Source of the DNA: Octopus sinensis
Lineage: Eukaryota
Direction of reading: 5' to 3'
NCBI RefSeq assembly: GCF_006345805.1
Contig: NC_042997.1
Coordinates: 200,136,001 to 200,200,000, forward strand
Length of the DNA: 64,000 nt
Shown one piece after another: positions 63,223-64,000 of this stretch (its first letter is position 1; each line of letters begins with the position of its first letter). The notes under the pieces are model-generated. The model searched no databases, was not told the DNA's origin, and saw nothing but the letters and a program-made list of their open reading frames with translations. A program made the translations under genes and the position numbers.

Positions 63223-64000
63223 CAGTTGCAGCCAAAATGTTCAGAATGGCATTGTTTTCTTCAGAAAAGTAAATATAAGTTTTTATCAAAGTAGTTTTAT
63301 ATACTATAATTTTCACAGACAATAAATACAATATTAATTGTTATTGTCTGAGATTTTGGTGTAATTTGAGCGGATAATACAAAAGTTATGGATGATTTAG
63401 TGATTTACTGCAAAACCCATGGCGGTCAAAATGATCAGAACGGTTGAAAAAATAACAAAATAATCAAAAATGACAGAGAATACTGGAATTATTTAATATT
63501 TAGTGTGAAGCCCTTTAGCTTCAATCACACTCTGACATCTTTGACTGCATGAGGAAATTAAATTTTCAATTTCTTGCTGGGTGATCTTATTCCATTCTTC
63601 CTGAAGGGCATTCCATAATTGCTCAGTTGTTTTAGGATTTCTGGCTTTTGAACGTTCTCCTAGAATATTCCATACATTTTCAATAGGATTGAGATCTGGG
63701 CTTTGAGCAGGCCAATCCATAACAATAACCTTTTCAGCCTTGAGGAAGTTCATGACCACCTTAGCCTTGTGACATGAGGCATTGTCCTGCATGAATATGG
63801 GTGGTTGCTTAGTTGAATTTCTCAGCACAGGCAAGACATGATCTTTTACAAGTTGTTTATAAACTCCTGCATCCTGCATTTACCATTCCATGTAATCGCA
63901 CCAAAGGGCCCACACCATCTCCAGATATCATCCCCCAAACCATGACACTTCCTCCACCGAATTTAACACTAGTCTTAAGGCATTTAGGCAACAATTTTTC
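63223..64000 (-). mobile_element. Tc1/mariner (DD34E) transposon, 3' half, IR/DR-type end; transposase frameshifted
   Basis: Encodes VKFGGGSVMVWGMISGDGVGPL..FMQDNASCH..WPAQSPDLNPIENVW (34 aa between D and E)..KGLHTKY*. The end TA|CAGTTGCAGCCAAAATGTTCAGAA has an inner direct repeat near 63420. CCTGCAT is duplicated at 63866-63879. Confidence 0.93.

Noticed and set aside
1-64000. Strand bias of family A SINEs as evidence of a host gene
   Set aside because: Roughly 13 minus versus 10 plus copies by eye, which is not a meaningful bias.

Overview
This is an AT-rich, repeat-dense animal non-coding region. Its SINE families and microsatellite load look like an octopus/cephalopod genome (recognised from memory, not searched). 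No host protein-coding gene is supported, and almost all ORFs in the track are microsatellite or SINE artefacts. The window is a mosaic of tRNA-derived SINEs (CORE-like, Deu/Nin-like, V-like), RTE-LINE fragments and 3' UTRs, restriction-like-endonuclease LINE relics (R4/Dong, HERO), the 3' half of a DD34E Tc1/mariner element, Helitron/Helentron and TTAA or hAT MITEs, two minisatellites, and several Penelope-type hammerhead relics. Main discoveries: (1) three copies, each in a different repeat context, of a non-circularly permuted, multiply pseudoknotted hammerhead-like RNA with covarying helices (25865-25959 +, 49256-49370 - in a HERO 3' UTR, 58410-58495 +); (2) a tRNA-headed Pol III SINE-like family carrying a Penelope-type minimal hammerhead (3 copies); (3) a 27-bp minisatellite apparently born from the coding sequence of an adjacent Dong-type LINE. 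All structures and alignments were read by eye, and boundaries of degenerate repeats are approximate.
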